A DNA stretch of 64,000 bases from a virus. Lineage: Duplodnaviria; Caudoviricetes. The notes beneath the pieces are model-generated. The model did no database searches. It had not been told where the DNA came from and saw only the letters and a list, made by a program, of their open reading frames with translations. The translations under genes were made by a program, and so were the position numbers. Numbering within the stretch: position 1 is the first letter of the stretch; each line of letters begins with the position of its first letter. Positions 37,560-48,526 of the stretch are shown piece after piece. Where the stretch lies: the IMG/VR virus record IMGVR_UViG_3300030433_002104, positions 32,001-96,000 of that record; one strand, 5' to 3'.

Positions 37560-37585
37560 CTGTATCTATAATAGTATACACTTAA
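37560..37585 (-). promoter_or_regulatory. putative late promoter
   Basis: - strand AAGTGTATACTATTATAGATACA in the intergenic gap, about 10 nt upstream of AGGAG. Confidence 0.45.
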
Positions 37586-37603
37586 AATTGTTGTTTATAT
37601 TAG

Positions 37604-40600
37604 TTATAGAGTGCTTAATTCTAGCCTCATAAATTGTACTTTGTTTATATCTTTCAATAATCCTTTATTTACGGAATCATATCCATTGTAAGATAATACA
37701 GTGGTAATATCATTGTGATAATGGAAAAATACGTCATAACTCTTAAAAGTACCGTTAGATCCGGGAAGAGGCAAAGACACCTGATTGCTTAGATCCTCCT
37801 GTCTACCTACGGCTTCATTTTCGTCTGAAGGAACAGGAAGACTGATACGCTGAGGCGTGCTCTGGCCAGTCCTTGGCGCAGCATCTGTTAGATCTTTATA
37901 TATAACTGTTCCGCTCTTAGCCAGTATAAAGGCTCCTGTGCCCTCACAGCCGGGATCTGGACTAGCTACTACTTTTGGTGATTCAAACGTCGCAGAAAGC
38001 TGATCATTCTGCCAATTACTAGGCAAAAAGTCGTCTGATACAAAATCCTTACCTTCGCTTACTATCTTAAATTCTTGTATACTTCCATTGGCTCCAATCT
38101 CTGTTACTCTTATTTGAGCTCCGCTTCCAGTCCCGCCTTGGAATGTAAGAGTATCTCCAACTTTGTATCCTGTGCCTGTCTGAGGAACTGCGGGATTTCC
38201 GCCTGTAGGTAATGAAACCAAGACCTCAATGTCCGCTCTTGTTATGCCCACAGTTGGCAATGTATATGTAAACGGTAACAACATTCCCCTTCTAATAGTA
38301 GATACTTTCCACAATTCAAAAGGAGCTGTCAGGCCTTGAGTAGAAACATTATTTGCGTACAGTGTTGTGCCTTGGACAAGCTGAGGCCACTCTCTCGTAT
38401 CATTACCTTCACCAACTAAAGTAGGCACTCTATAATCCACAGTTTCACTTATGAGTTCTCTGGTATATTTAACACCCTCCCAGTCAAATCCACCGTCTGG
38501 ATTTTCATCTGTTGGCCCTTCTGTAATAGGTGCTGTTAGTAATTCTCCGGGATTGAAATGCATAACTGCAAAATATCTAGCGTCAAAAAGAGTTTGATCG
38601 TCTGGCCAAGATTCAAATACTCTTGCGAACAAATGTTCTCCACCAAAAGATTGTATCTCATTACTAGGAGCTCCCCAGCTTCCAAGCTCATCGCCAGTGA
38701 TGTTAGGCTTGTAAGTTGGCAATCCTCTACTAGATATGCTAGTACAAACAAGATTATTAGAAGCCGTAGTTAAATTAGCTCTAGAAGTTATAATCCCCAC
38801 ACAGTCTGCTGTATCGTCAAACCAGCATTGTCTAGGCCCAATAATTCCATCATCACTAAAATTGCTTCTATGGCGAACATATCCGTCAAACGGAAAGCCC
38901 GGCTCTAGCTTTACCGTATAATACGTATCAGCTTGATTGCGGTTTGAGTAGGCTCCAACGAGACCATGATTTGGATTATTGGGAGTATTCTGAGCTGAAG
39001 TGCCAATAGCCCCATAAGCATATGTATCTATCTGAGCTACGCCTTCATTTTCAGGCTCCATGAATTCAATATCAAAATTACTTGTTCCGCCGGCAGCATT
39101 TGGTGCAGAGCCCATTGGAGCTCCTTCTTCTTCACCCGGTTCGCCAGTTCCGCCTCCAGTATTATCTCCATAAGCCTGCTCAGTAGAGTCTCCGGGAGTT
39201 ATTACAAATTCATGGTTTCTACCTATTCTAAATATTTGATCTCCACGTCTGCCGCCAAAGTTATTATAAGTTTCTACATAATCAGAACCAGCCGGATAGA
39301 CTGTCGGATCTGCTTTGGGTATCGCTGCAGAGCCCAACAAAGTAGATGGGTTATTGAGCTCAATCATGTTGTATTCAGTAGCCAAAGGATAGTGTGACAA
39401 TCTTTTTATTGTAACATTGTCTAACTGCGTGCCTTTGCCATTATAATCAAACCAATACCAACCAGCTCCTTTTAGCTCATCCCTGCCGTGAGGGTATACC
39501 GACAGCGAATATGAACTATAGGGAGTGTTTAGTTTTTCGTAGGCAATATGCCACCAATTTTCAAAAAATGTAACGCCACTAAAAGCCCTGTGGTTATCTT
39601 GTAGCGCATAAACCTGATCAGCGCTATCAAAAGCCCCAATCCACTCCGCTGTTAAAGGCATAAACGTTAACTTGTTAGACACTGGCTCCAAGTCATACGT
39701 GCTATCAAAAGCATACTGGGTAATACGTGTCTGGCCAAGATCGTTTCCATTTTCATCTTGCTGTGCGTCTTGATCCTCTGGCAACTCATAGGCCCAGCAT
39801 TGTCTGTCCTGAATAGAAAACTTAACTCCGTTTACGTCGTAGTATTTTCTAGCAAAATATTTTTTCATGTTAAGAGCTAGTTTATTAGGCTTCAGGCCCT
39901 TACCATTTCCCCAGTCTACCGTTAGTGATGCCTGACCTGCCGTGGGGTCTTCAAGTGCTCTTTTGGGGTCGTAACCTATATATGTGTCATCGCCATCAGA
40001 GTCAGAAAAATTAGTTCCCAACGCTTCTGTGTCTGCAGGGTTGTTAGGGTCATTGTATAATCCGGGATTAACAATATTAGCTAAATTTACCATCCTATGA
40101 AAATCATTAATTGGAGATCCATACTTGCCGCTTGGTGAAGCATTAGTTCCTATATCTGCGGGCAAATGTGTTAGATTAATATCCCCGTTTGAATAGATCT
40201 TATCTAGACTTAATACTGTATTGTTTTTCTTAATCCCATAGCTATAGCCAGCCGTATCGTCTGATCCAGTGAATCCACCTTCTGGTCTGGAACTAGGCTT
40301 AAGGTAAAGATCGCCAAAGTGGGAAGAGTCAACAGTGGTCGTGTTTGCATTTGAGCACACTTGAGAGAGGGTGGAATTGTTGCTTCTTTTAGTTACTAAC
40401 TTAGTCACGCTGGAATCAGTATAGCCTTCAGTAAATAAAGCCCCCCAAAACGGGTGATAGTTGTCAAAGTTTTCATCTGACGGGTCTTCTATCTTTCCTC
40501 CAGATTCATCAAAGCTTGGGTTATTAAGAGAGATCCAGTCCGCTGCATTGTGGCCATTCCACCTATGACTTAGCATGTCAAATGAGGTAACGTTGAGATA

Positions 40601-43012
40601 CCTTCTACTACCTACGAATTTTTTACTAACTGAATTTTTTAGCCACTTAAAAGTTTTGATTTGAGGAAATGCATCACGCTCAACTCCGCATACGCCTTCA
40701 AATTTTTCTACGAGCGCATCAGCATACGATTTTGCATATGACGCAATTGGGCCAAACTCAACACATCTTCTTTGGTTTGAAAGTATGTTGCCATCTTTTA
40801 AGCACATTACGTTTTGAGATGTTTGGCAAGCCATTACTGAGTAAAACCAATTTTTGCTGTTTTGCCATTCGGCAAGCTTTTCCCCGCTATCTACCCCAGC
40901 TACACCACCGCTGAATAATCTAGCCCAATAATCAGTAGGGCCTCCAGTAACTGCACTGCTGCTTGTCCTACGTCTGGTAACACAGTCTACTAAAACAGGA
41001 AGATTGGCTGTATACAGACCGCCGTCGCTAGGCCAGCTATTTATATTATGATTACTCTGTGCAGGCGGTGCGTCTAATTTTAATCTCCCATCATAACTAG
41101 GGTGGCTAGGATCACCCGCTGGCGTACTTGTGTCTTCTCCAAGAACACCTGCAAAAGTTTTCATAGCCGCCTCAAAATCATCATATGAACCTCCATTACT
41201 CAGAGCCTCAGCGGCGTCTCTAAGGTCTTGAAGCGCATCTCCACATTCGTCTGAAGGTGTAAAGCACGGGCTGGGAACGCTACTTACTTTAGTCTTTACA
41301 TAAACCCCATTGTTTGCTTCTATTCTAGGCGCAGGTTGAAAGCTGTCAGTATTTGTAGAGCCTTCAGTTTGCTCTGTACAGTTGCTGTTTGCAGTTCCAG
41401 TCGGAACTGGATCAGTTTCTGTCGTGTTGGGTAACTGCACTGTGCCGTTAGTGTTTCTTGGGTCGTTGGCAGCGTCTAATCCTGCATTATTTGATGCATC
41501 AGCCCCATAAACACCTTCTATAGCATCTACCATACTATCATAAAAACTAAATCTAAATAAAGACTCATACTGTGTTGGTGTTATAGAAGTTGACAACTCT
41601 GCATTGTATTGTTCTTCAAAATAATGTCTGTCATCTTTAAAGTATGAATCTCTGTCAGCAATCAAATATTGGAAGTTCCACTTACCCACAGAGCCAAACT
41701 GTGGAACATCGTCGTCGCCAAAGTCCATTGGAATCCACTCGTCGTCAATCCTTTGCAACATAACAACACGGCCAACTGGAAAAGACCTCTGAGACCTATT
41801 AACTACTAGTAGCTTGTCTTTCTTGTCATCCTCGCAGCCATTGCCTTTGTTGGAAAACACTGGGCCAAACATGTAAGGATTGCCCTGATTCACGGTCATT
41901 GGTATAGCATAGCCGCTAGCAAAATATCCCATGTACGTATTGGAATCCTCTGGCATAGGAAAGCCGCCAGTGGTATCAAAATTAGCGGGCATTGGGTTAA
42001 CTTTTACGGCGGATATTGGCGTAAGTATTTTAGCAAGAACCTGTCTAGTGCCTGCTTCAGCCCTTCCAGTGTTAGGATTATAATATACGTCAAGCTCTGC
42101 AGTTACATTGTTGGCTGGATTGTCTGGCCCGCCCGGATCTAGCTGTGGAAACTCTCCGGGATTGCCAGTGAAAGGCCTGTTGCCAGCGTAAGCAGTTCCC
42201 CAAGGGTGTGTAGGAACAAAGTTAAATTTAGGAGAGCCTTTACCAACTAGTGTTCTAGAATGGCCTCTAGGAGATTGTTGATCATAGAATCGCATCTCAA
42301 AGTTTGCAGTGCTTCTAATTTCACACAAACTTCCACTTACAGTCGCGTTTGTTACATTGTCAGCATTAAGTATAAAGTCAAAAGGCTTTGACCATCTCAT
42401 GCATCCAGATAAACTTGTTTGAACACCAGTTATAAATTTATTTTTGAGATTTTTTCTCTGTACTACTTCTGCTGAATCACCAGCTTTAATTGCAGTATAT
42501 CCTAAATTGTACTCCTCAGCAACAAGCGTAGCCGCCTCTATAGAAGTAAAAGCCCCTAAACCAAGCTCTGTTCTAGTCTTACCGATGGGTACAAAATGCT
42601 TGTCAAACTCAGACTCAGCTCCACTGGCCATCATATCAGTACAAAGAATACCAAACACAGGGTCATCTTTAACCCACCCAAACTCTTTATAATTTTTAGT
42701 AGCTATGTCAAACATCATAAAGGTTGGATGATTGGTTGGATCTCCATTGTTAAAACCATCCAGCATTAAGTAGTCTGCGGCTTCTGCCAATATTTTAGGC
42801 TGATCATCTAATAAGTCCTGCACATCTCTGCTCGGATCTATAATCTTAACAGTCGAATTTTTTTCTTTCATCCTGTCAAATTTTGCGCGTATATCGCCAG
42901 CACAAAAAGTAGATAAACCTGCTTCTTCAAACGAAACATTGTCCGTAGTTATAGAAGTAAAGGTTTTCTTTTCTTCTTGCATTGATTGTCCGGTGAATAA
43001 GTTTCTTCTCAC
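37604..43012 (-). CDS. large virion (tail/baseplate) protein, 1802 aa
   Basis: GTG start with AGGAG; C-terminal GTGYKVGDTLTFQGGTGSGAQIRV motif typical of phage baseplate/tail proteins; structural-gene context. Confidence 0.62.
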   Translation of the reverse strand: MRRNLFTGQSMQEEKKTFTSITTDNVSFEEAGLSTFCAGDIRAKFDRMKEKNSTVKIIDPSRDVQDLLDDQPKILAEAADYLMLDGFNNGDPTNHPTFMMFDIATKNYKEFGWVKDDPVFGILCTDMMASGAESEFDKHFVPIGKTRTELGLGAFTSIEAATLVAEEYNLGYTAIKAGDSAEVVQRKNLKNKFITGVQTSLSGCMRWSKPFDFILNADNVTNATVSGSLCEIRSTANFEMRFYDQQSPRGHSRTLVGKGSPKFNFVPTHPWGTAYAGNRPFTGNPGEFPQLDPGGPDNPANNVTAELDVYYNPNTGRAEAGTRQVLAKILTPISAVKVNPMPANFDTTGGFPMPEDSNTYMGYFASGYAIPMTVNQGNPYMFGPVFSNKGNGCEDDKKDKLLVVNRSQRSFPVGRVVMLQRIDDEWIPMDFGDDDVPQFGSVGKWNFQYLIADRDSYFKDDRHYFEEQYNAELSTSITPTQYESLFRFSFYDSMVDAIEGVYGADASNNAGLDAANDPRNTNGTVQLPNTTETDPVPTGTANSNCTEQTEGSTNTDSFQPAPRIEANNGVYVKTKVSSVPSPCFTPSDECGDALQDLRDAAEALSNGGSYDDFEAAMKTFAGVLGEDTSTPAGDPSHPSYDGRLKLDAPPAQSNHNINSWPSDGGLYTANLPVLVDCVTRRRTSSSAVTGGPTDYWARLFSGGVAGVDSGEKLAEWQNSKNWFYSVMACQTSQNVMCLKDGNILSNQRRCVEFGPIASYAKSYADALVEKFEGVCGVERDAFPQIKTFKWLKNSVSKKFVGSRRYLNVTSFDMLSHRWNGHNAADWISLNNPSFDESGGKIEDPSDENFDNYHPFWGALFTEGYTDSSVTKLVTKRSNNSTLSQVCSNANTTTVDSSHFGDLYLKPSSRPEGGFTGSDDTAGYSYGIKKNNTVLSLDKIYSNGDINLTHLPADIGTNASPSGKYGSPINDFHRMVNLANIVNPGLYNDPNNPADTEALGTNFSDSDGDDTYIGYDPKRALEDPTAGQASLTVDWGNGKGLKPNKLALNMKKYFARKYYDVNGVKFSIQDRQCWAYELPEDQDAQQDENGNDLGQTRITQYAFDSTYDLEPVSNKLTFMPLTAEWIGAFDSADQVYALQDNHRAFSGVTFFENWWHIAYEKLNTPYSSYSLSVYPHGRDELKGAGWYWFDYNGKGTQLDNVTIKRLSHYPLATEYNMIELNNPSTLLGSAAIPKADPTVYPAGSDYVETYNNFGGRRGDQIFRIGRNHEFVITPGDSTEQAYGDNTGGGTGEPGEEEGAPMGSAPNAAGGTSNFDIEFMEPENEGVAQIDTYAYGAIGTSAQNTPNNPNHGLVGAYSNRNQADTYYTVKLEPGFPFDGYVRHRSNFSDDGIIGPRQCWFDDTADCVGIITSRANLTTASNNLVCTSISSRGLPTYKPNITGDELGSWGAPSNEIQSFGGEHLFARVFESWPDDQTLFDARYFAVMHFNPGELLTAPITEGPTDENPDGGFDWEGVKYTRELISETVDYRVPTLVGEGNDTREWPQLVQGTTLYANNVSTQGLTAPFELWKVSTIRRGMLLPFTYTLPTVGITRADIEVLVSLPTGGNPAVPQTGTGYKVGDTLTFQGGTGSGAQIRVTEIGANGSIQEFKIVSEGKDFVSDDFLPSNWQNDQLSATFESPKVVASPDPGCEGTGAFILAKSGTVIYKDLTDAAPRTGQSTPQRISLPVPSDENEAVGRQEDLSNQVSLPLPGSNGTFKSYDVFFHYHNDITTVLSYNGYDSVNKGLLKDINKVQFMRLELSTL

Positions 43013-43023
43013 TTGATATCTCC

Positions 43024-46000
43024 TTACTCAAATCCTGTGAACTGTTCGCCATACAGTCCGCCGTTATCTGTTTTGTTCTTTTGGTTTCTAAATGTATGAT
43101 TTGGATTAGTCATATTTGGATGTATTTCTTCTGAAGATGGTGAGAAAAACTGTGACATGTCACCACCAGCAGAATTGAAAAATACCTTATCCCTAGCTGC
43201 TCTATCCGGCAGCATCCCTAGCCCTCTATTTACAAAATCTGGAGAAAGTATAGAAGTCTCGGACTCAAATGTTTCCGTAGTTCTAGGGTTTCCATCAAGA
43301 GTTAACACATCACTTGCTCTGGACTTGACTTGGGATACGATCATAGAATTAACAGGCGTATCGCCCTTTTGCAATGAATCCGTAACCTCTAATGCAGTCT
43401 GTATAAATTTGAATTGATCAAATATCTCAGTGTACTCAGTAGATGTAGCTTCCTGAATAACATGATTTCTGATAAGAAGATTTTTCTGATCTCTTATCTT
43501 TTGCCTTTCTCTATTAACTCTATCTAATAAAACTTCGTGTTGTTTTTTTAGTTTGCCAAACTTAGGTGTAAACAAGTCCATCTTTACTGACGTTTTTATG
43601 CCATTAGTTCCAACGTCTACATTTATATCTGTTACTAAAGGGCCTCCGTCAGTCAGTGCTTTTCCTAGTGAGTTGCCTCTAGGTATACCGACATATGAGA
43701 AACTACCTCTTTCAGAAAACAGTTGCAGACTATTGGCGAAAGCCGCTTTTAATGACCCTGCATCATTTAAAAGGCCATATCCGCCAAAGTTCCAAGGGGC
43801 TAAATTTTCATCTTTTTCAAACTCTACCTTGCCACCTAAATTATTGTAACGAGCTACTCTTGGGTTTGATTCTAAATAACCATATTCTGAGTCATTAAGG
43901 AATGATGATATCCAAGGGCCATAACACCTTTCAGTGGATTGCATTGGTAGCGCAACCATATCTGGATAAACTGGTGATGCAAAAGTATAGTCTGTACCAC
44001 GAGGGTCAGCAAGGCTAAACTTTTCCATTGCCGCTTTGTATGCAGAAAAAGCATTTTGGGCAGTACCCAGAGATGCAGTGCTACAAAGACCAGCTATATT
44101 TATATTTACGTTTCCATTCCATCCCGGCTTGCTAAACTGTGGAATCTTTACACTATCCATAGTCAAGAAGTGTTTAATCAATGTACCATTGTAGGATTGG
44201 TGAGGCCCGTCTTTCATGCGAGAATCTATTGTCGGAGTAATCCTACCCGGAACAGTGATAATTGCATAAACGTGATCATTGTCTAGACTCTTCAAGTCAG
44301 TCTGAACAATATTACCTATAAACTTTTTATTGTTTGCACCAATCGCGCTTGTAACTGGAGACCTGTTAAAATCAGTCCATGGAACCAAATCCTGATCTTG
44401 ATCTCTATCGTCCTCTGGAATTTTGTCAGAATCGCCTGTTGGCCCTGCGCCACCAGTTGATCTATGAGGAACCCAGTGAGGTTCATAATAAGGTATTGTC
44501 CACTCAAATTCACAAGTGTCCCTATTGTATATTCTACGAGGAGCTTCTATAGCACCTATATCTTCTACATATCTTCCAAATACAACCGTGTCTTGTGTAG
44601 ATAATTTTGGAGGCATGTATAGTTTTTCATCTACTTGAACCTTTACATAAGCAACGCTCTTTGGCAAAGCTTTTAATAGTGCCGCACTGTCAAATGAGTG
44701 CCACTTATCTTCATCCATGTTATCCAGCGCATGTACAACATCTGGAATCAACTGGCCGTCAGCAGTAACGACTTGCTGAGTCATACTGTCTTTGGGAACA
44801 CCTTTAAAGTTCAAAAACTGGCTATTATCAAAACGAACGTATGCAGAAACCCTACCATTATCTGAGTAGAAGTTAGTGCCGTCAACTGGGAATAGATAGC
44901 TCTTACATGCGGGAGGCAGAAACATTTGGTTAGCAATAGCAGCAGCCGCAGCTTGTTTATTTGCCTTATGGTTAGCAGCAACATTTCCAAACATTTGATG
45001 CGGTAATACGGTCTGTGGATTTATATGATAGTCAAAATATCCGCCTTGATTATTTGGTCTATAGTTATGTTTCCATGTGTCTGATATAGGGTCATAATTA
45101 TTTTTAAGAGCGCCGTAAGTATAGACACCCTTGAGGTCTTCTATAGTCTGCAATTTGGTCTGGAACTCTTGTGTAAAATAATAGTTAGGGTCTTTATTGA
45201 CTGGCTCAGGCTTGAATCCAAACGGGCCACTCAACACTTCACCCCAAGGCGCAATCTGTATATTATTGCCGTAGTTTAAATTTGTGACCTTTGGTATTTT
45301 TACTAGGAAAGTTTTACCTAGATGTTTATCAGCTACGCCTTTGACAAAGTTATAAACCTTGAGCGCATTTTCCATCGTCCTTTCACCGAGCCTGTTAATT
45401 AGCTTGCCCATTTGTTTTGTTCTTGATAGTGTATGCTCAAGAACAGCAAGCTGAGCTTCAAGTCTTTCAGTGGTATTTTGTGCCTCTTCAATCGTGTTCG
45501 CAGCTACTTGAGTTCCGTCATCTACGCCGCCGCCGCCAGCTACATCTGTATCTTGAACTTCAACTGTTTTGTTTACTTCTTTTCCTCTGTTAGCAACTTC
45601 TTTATGAAACTTTTCAGCCCATTCTAGTATTGTCTGGTTTGCTTTTCTTGCTTTCTCCAATGCCTCGGCTCCGTCTGTTGGGGCTCCAGCAGCATTTAGC
45701 TGAGAAAAAATGTCGTTCCAGTCTGAATCAAAAGATTCAATTACATTCTCAGCAGCGTCCAATCTTTGCAGCGTAGTTGCATATTCCGTAGCTATCTTTT
45801 TCATTTGTGTGGTTATTTTTGCAACACCGGCTTCAGCTATACCAATGCGCTGCGCTCTCTTGTAGTACAACGGATACCCAAAAGGAGGGCTACAAGCACT
45901 AGCAGGCAAACCCTTTTCGTTAACATAGTCTTTATCAGATCTAAACACACATCTAGGAACGGTAACGGCATAGTTATTAGATATTCCCTCCTTGACCTGT

Positions 46001-48069
46001 GTCCCCAAAGCCTCGGCTCTAGCTTGAGATTCTTCATCGTCTGCAAAGCTAACGGTATTCAACAGACTTCTTTGTATAATGTCGTCTTGCTCAGTGGATT
46101 CCATATAAACTTCGCTGTACTCCAATAGGAAATTTTTCCACCTTTCAAATGAAACTAAGGCGCATCTAAGCTCCATTTCTGTAGCAACATAGTAATTATC
46201 TACACCATTAGCCTCTAAAGATTGGGCGTCTAACAATATCTGCTGATAAGAACCCCAGCCTCTAGGTATAGTCACAGCATCCTTACCTAAGAAGCCATAA
46301 AAAGGAAGAACCTGCTGCTGCAAAGAAGCCTCTAACGTCCACTGTGACGCCATCTTTTCAGCCTGATTATTGGGCACGCCGAGACCTCGTTTTCTAAGCT
46401 CAGCAAAGTCTCTATCATTGGTAGTCTCAAAAAAGTGCATTTTGACTTCTTGAGCACCAACAACAAATTTGTCTACAGGTTGATTAGTTAACTCGTATCC
46501 TAAGTCTCTGTTTGTTATATTTACGCCGGACTCTGACTCTAGCTGATCTAAATAATTTTTTACAACGCCATAATTTGGTTCAGCGGATCTGTCTATAGAA
46601 TCAATCCTAATTATACCTGCTACAACCTGCTGTTGATTACCTGTATATATTCTATCTTGATTGTAAGCATATAGCCAATCACAATAAGGATGGTCTATAA
46701 CCGGCAAAAGAGATACAAACAAATCTCTATTCGTTGCATCACATACTTCCTGACATAAAGAAAGTAAGTCTGTCTGAGCAAAATCTATATTATACATAGA
46801 TGGAATCAAGTCAATGGGCAAACCTGTAAAGTCAACTACATACTTGAACCCTCTAAAATTAATTTCTGTACCAAAAGCATCTTGATATTCTTGAGGCAAA
46901 GCACCGTTATAGCCAAGGATAGCTTCTATAGCTTGTGTTATTCTATAGAAAGGCATACCTTTTTCTGAACTTCTTGACATACCTTCACCAGTCACAGGGA
47001 AAATAGGTGCTATTCTGTCTGGAAGCATAGATTGTACGGGGTTTGTAGATATATAAACATCTGCCGTGCCTAACGATTCAGTTGGTAATGGAACTTCAAC
47101 ACCATCTATAGCAGTAACTCTGTCAACGAATGTAACCGTGCCATCTGGGTTTATAACTTTGGAAAGCAAAGTTTTCTTAGCTAAAGTATTGAGCCTTAAA
47201 TTTAACTCGTCGCTAGGGTCATATTCCAAAAATCCAAACACGTTTATCATGTTTTGTGACCCGTAATTGCTACCCGCATAGTCTTTCAGTATAACACTTA
47301 CATTTGAAAGTATCTCTCTAGGATCTACAACATTTACAGAGTATGCTGGGCCTCCAGTGGCTGATTTATTTTCATTCGTGTTTTGTAGTATGCCGCCAAA
47401 TACTAGGTGATCTCTTCCTCTGTCTGAGCCATATATCTTTCTGTATTCATTTATCCATATATTGTCACCACTACCAGAAAAACCATCGCCACCTTTGACG
47501 CCAGAGAAGTATGCCGTGTCGTATGGAGCTACATTTCCGGCTTCCGGCCTAATGTCTATTTGACCATCTTTTCCAAACTTAAACTCGTCTGCTGGGCCAA
47601 AAGCTTTAGGGGCTAGATAAGAACTGTAGTTCAAGTCTACTGGGTCTCTGGAGGCTCTAAAAAGATTCTGGCCATGTAGAATATCCAGTGTAGAAGTGAA
47701 TGATTCAGGAACAGTAGCATGACTTTTGCCAAACTTAAAAAATACAGGACTACCCACAACCGGAGGAGCAAAAGAATCTCTAGCTCCATTATGGTAAACA
47801 TCATCGCCAAGTCCATATGATTTACCGTCGGATTGATTGTACTTATCTTCTACAAGAGAAACGCTAACAGAAGAACTACTGCCACCAAAGCCACCCTTAA
47901 TAGAAAAATTCTTAATAGAGGCACCTAAGAAGGTCTGCTGGGCGAAGCCTTCATTCTCATACGTCCATCCTCCGGCAGAATACGATGTTGGTATTGCACC
48001 ACTAGAAGGCCATTTCAAAACGTATAATCCACTTCCTTCAACTATTGAATTAGTCGTCATTTTCTTCAT
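43024..48069 (-). CDS. large virion protein, possible tail-tip/baseplate hub, 1681 aa
   Basis: FGGILQ...YSVNVVDPR and C-terminal VTDINVDVGTNGIKTSV resemble hub-type beta modules; downstream of the tape measure gene. Confidence 0.55.
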   Translation of the reverse strand: MKKMTTNSIVEGSGLYVLKWPSSGAIPTSYSAGGWTYENEGFAQQTFLGASIKNFSIKGGFGGSSSSVSVSLVEDKYNQSDGKSYGLGDDVYHNGARDSFAPPVVGSPVFFKFGKSHATVPESFTSTLDILHGQNLFRASRDPVDLNYSSYLAPKAFGPADEFKFGKDGQIDIRPEAGNVAPYDTAYFSGVKGGDGFSGSGDNIWINEYRKIYGSDRGRDHLVFGGILQNTNENKSATGGPAYSVNVVDPREILSNVSVILKDYAGSNYGSQNMINVFGFLEYDPSDELNLRLNTLAKKTLLSKVINPDGTVTFVDRVTAIDGVEVPLPTESLGTADVYISTNPVQSMLPDRIAPIFPVTGEGMSRSSEKGMPFYRITQAIEAILGYNGALPQEYQDAFGTEINFRGFKYVVDFTGLPIDLIPSMYNIDFAQTDLLSLCQEVCDATNRDLFVSLLPVIDHPYCDWLYAYNQDRIYTGNQQQVVAGIIRIDSIDRSAEPNYGVVKNYLDQLESESGVNITNRDLGYELTNQPVDKFVVGAQEVKMHFFETTNDRDFAELRKRGLGVPNNQAEKMASQWTLEASLQQQVLPFYGFLGKDAVTIPRGWGSYQQILLDAQSLEANGVDNYYVATEMELRCALVSFERWKNFLLEYSEVYMESTEQDDIIQRSLLNTVSFADDEESQARAEALGTQVKEGISNNYAVTVPRCVFRSDKDYVNEKGLPASACSPPFGYPLYYKRAQRIGIAEAGVAKITTQMKKIATEYATTLQRLDAAENVIESFDSDWNDIFSQLNAAGAPTDGAEALEKARKANQTILEWAEKFHKEVANRGKEVNKTVEVQDTDVAGGGGVDDGTQVAANTIEEAQNTTERLEAQLAVLEHTLSRTKQMGKLINRLGERTMENALKVYNFVKGVADKHLGKTFLVKIPKVTNLNYGNNIQIAPWGEVLSGPFGFKPEPVNKDPNYYFTQEFQTKLQTIEDLKGVYTYGALKNNYDPISDTWKHNYRPNNQGGYFDYHINPQTVLPHQMFGNVAANHKANKQAAAAAIANQMFLPPACKSYLFPVDGTNFYSDNGRVSAYVRFDNSQFLNFKGVPKDSMTQQVVTADGQLIPDVVHALDNMDEDKWHSFDSAALLKALPKSVAYVKVQVDEKLYMPPKLSTQDTVVFGRYVEDIGAIEAPRRIYNRDTCEFEWTIPYYEPHWVPHRSTGGAGPTGDSDKIPEDDRDQDQDLVPWTDFNRSPVTSAIGANNKKFIGNIVQTDLKSLDNDHVYAIITVPGRITPTIDSRMKDGPHQSYNGTLIKHFLTMDSVKIPQFSKPGWNGNVNINIAGLCSTASLGTAQNAFSAYKAAMEKFSLADPRGTDYTFASPVYPDMVALPMQSTERCYGPWISSFLNDSEYGYLESNPRVARYNNLGGKVEFEKDENLAPWNFGGYGLLNDAGSLKAAFANSLQLFSERGSFSYVGIPRGNSLGKALTDGGPLVTDINVDVGTNGIKTSVKMDLFTPKFGKLKKQHEVLLDRVNRERQKIRDQKNLLIRNHVIQEATSTEYTEIFDQFKFIQTALEVTDSLQKGDTPVNSMIVSQVKSRASDVLTLDGNPRTTETFESETSILSPDFVNRGLGMLPDRAARDKVFFNSAGGDMSQFFSPSSEEIHPNMTNPNHTFRNQKNKTDNGGLYGEQFTGFE

Positions 48070-48526
48070 CTCCTGTGTCTGCAGGTTCTGGCTCTCTGCT
48101 CACATAAGTGTTAAACAAGGCTAGTGATGCATTAGGTATAAATTTTGGAATGAACACTCCATAATCTATGTTGCCATTTATATCTATATTCGGGTTTGGG
48201 TTTGGAGTGTAATGTATATAAGAGTTAAAAACACCAAAGTTTTGTATGCCTGTTTCTTTGTGTTTAATAGAATTAGAAAAATCTTCAATAGGCTCCCATA
48301 CGCCGGACTCTGCTATAGTATTTAGTCCCGACATTGCTATAACACCAGACGGGCTATCGAAATATGTAGGAGTTTGATTGTGCCCAGATGGGTAGTTCAT
48401 ATGCTGTGAGAAATCAGCATACATAGCTTCACCAGACGCTAGAGCTATACCGCCAGAGGGGAAAGGTCTATCTATAGACGCATGTCCAAACTTTTGCTGC
48501 GAATTAAGAGGTTTGTAGCTAGCCAT
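48050..48526 (-). CDS. small Ser-Gly-rich putative virion protein
   Basis: Overlaps both neighbours; six SG dipeptides in the first 75 aa. Confidence 0.55.
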   Translation of the reverse strand: MASYKPLNSQQKFGHASIDRPFPSGGIALASGEAMYADFSQHMNYPSGHNQTPTYFDSPSGVIAMSGLNTIAESGVWEPIEDFSNSIKHKETGIQNFGVFNSYIHYTPNPNPNIDINGNIDYGVFIPKFIPNASLALFNTYVSREPEPADTGDEENDD

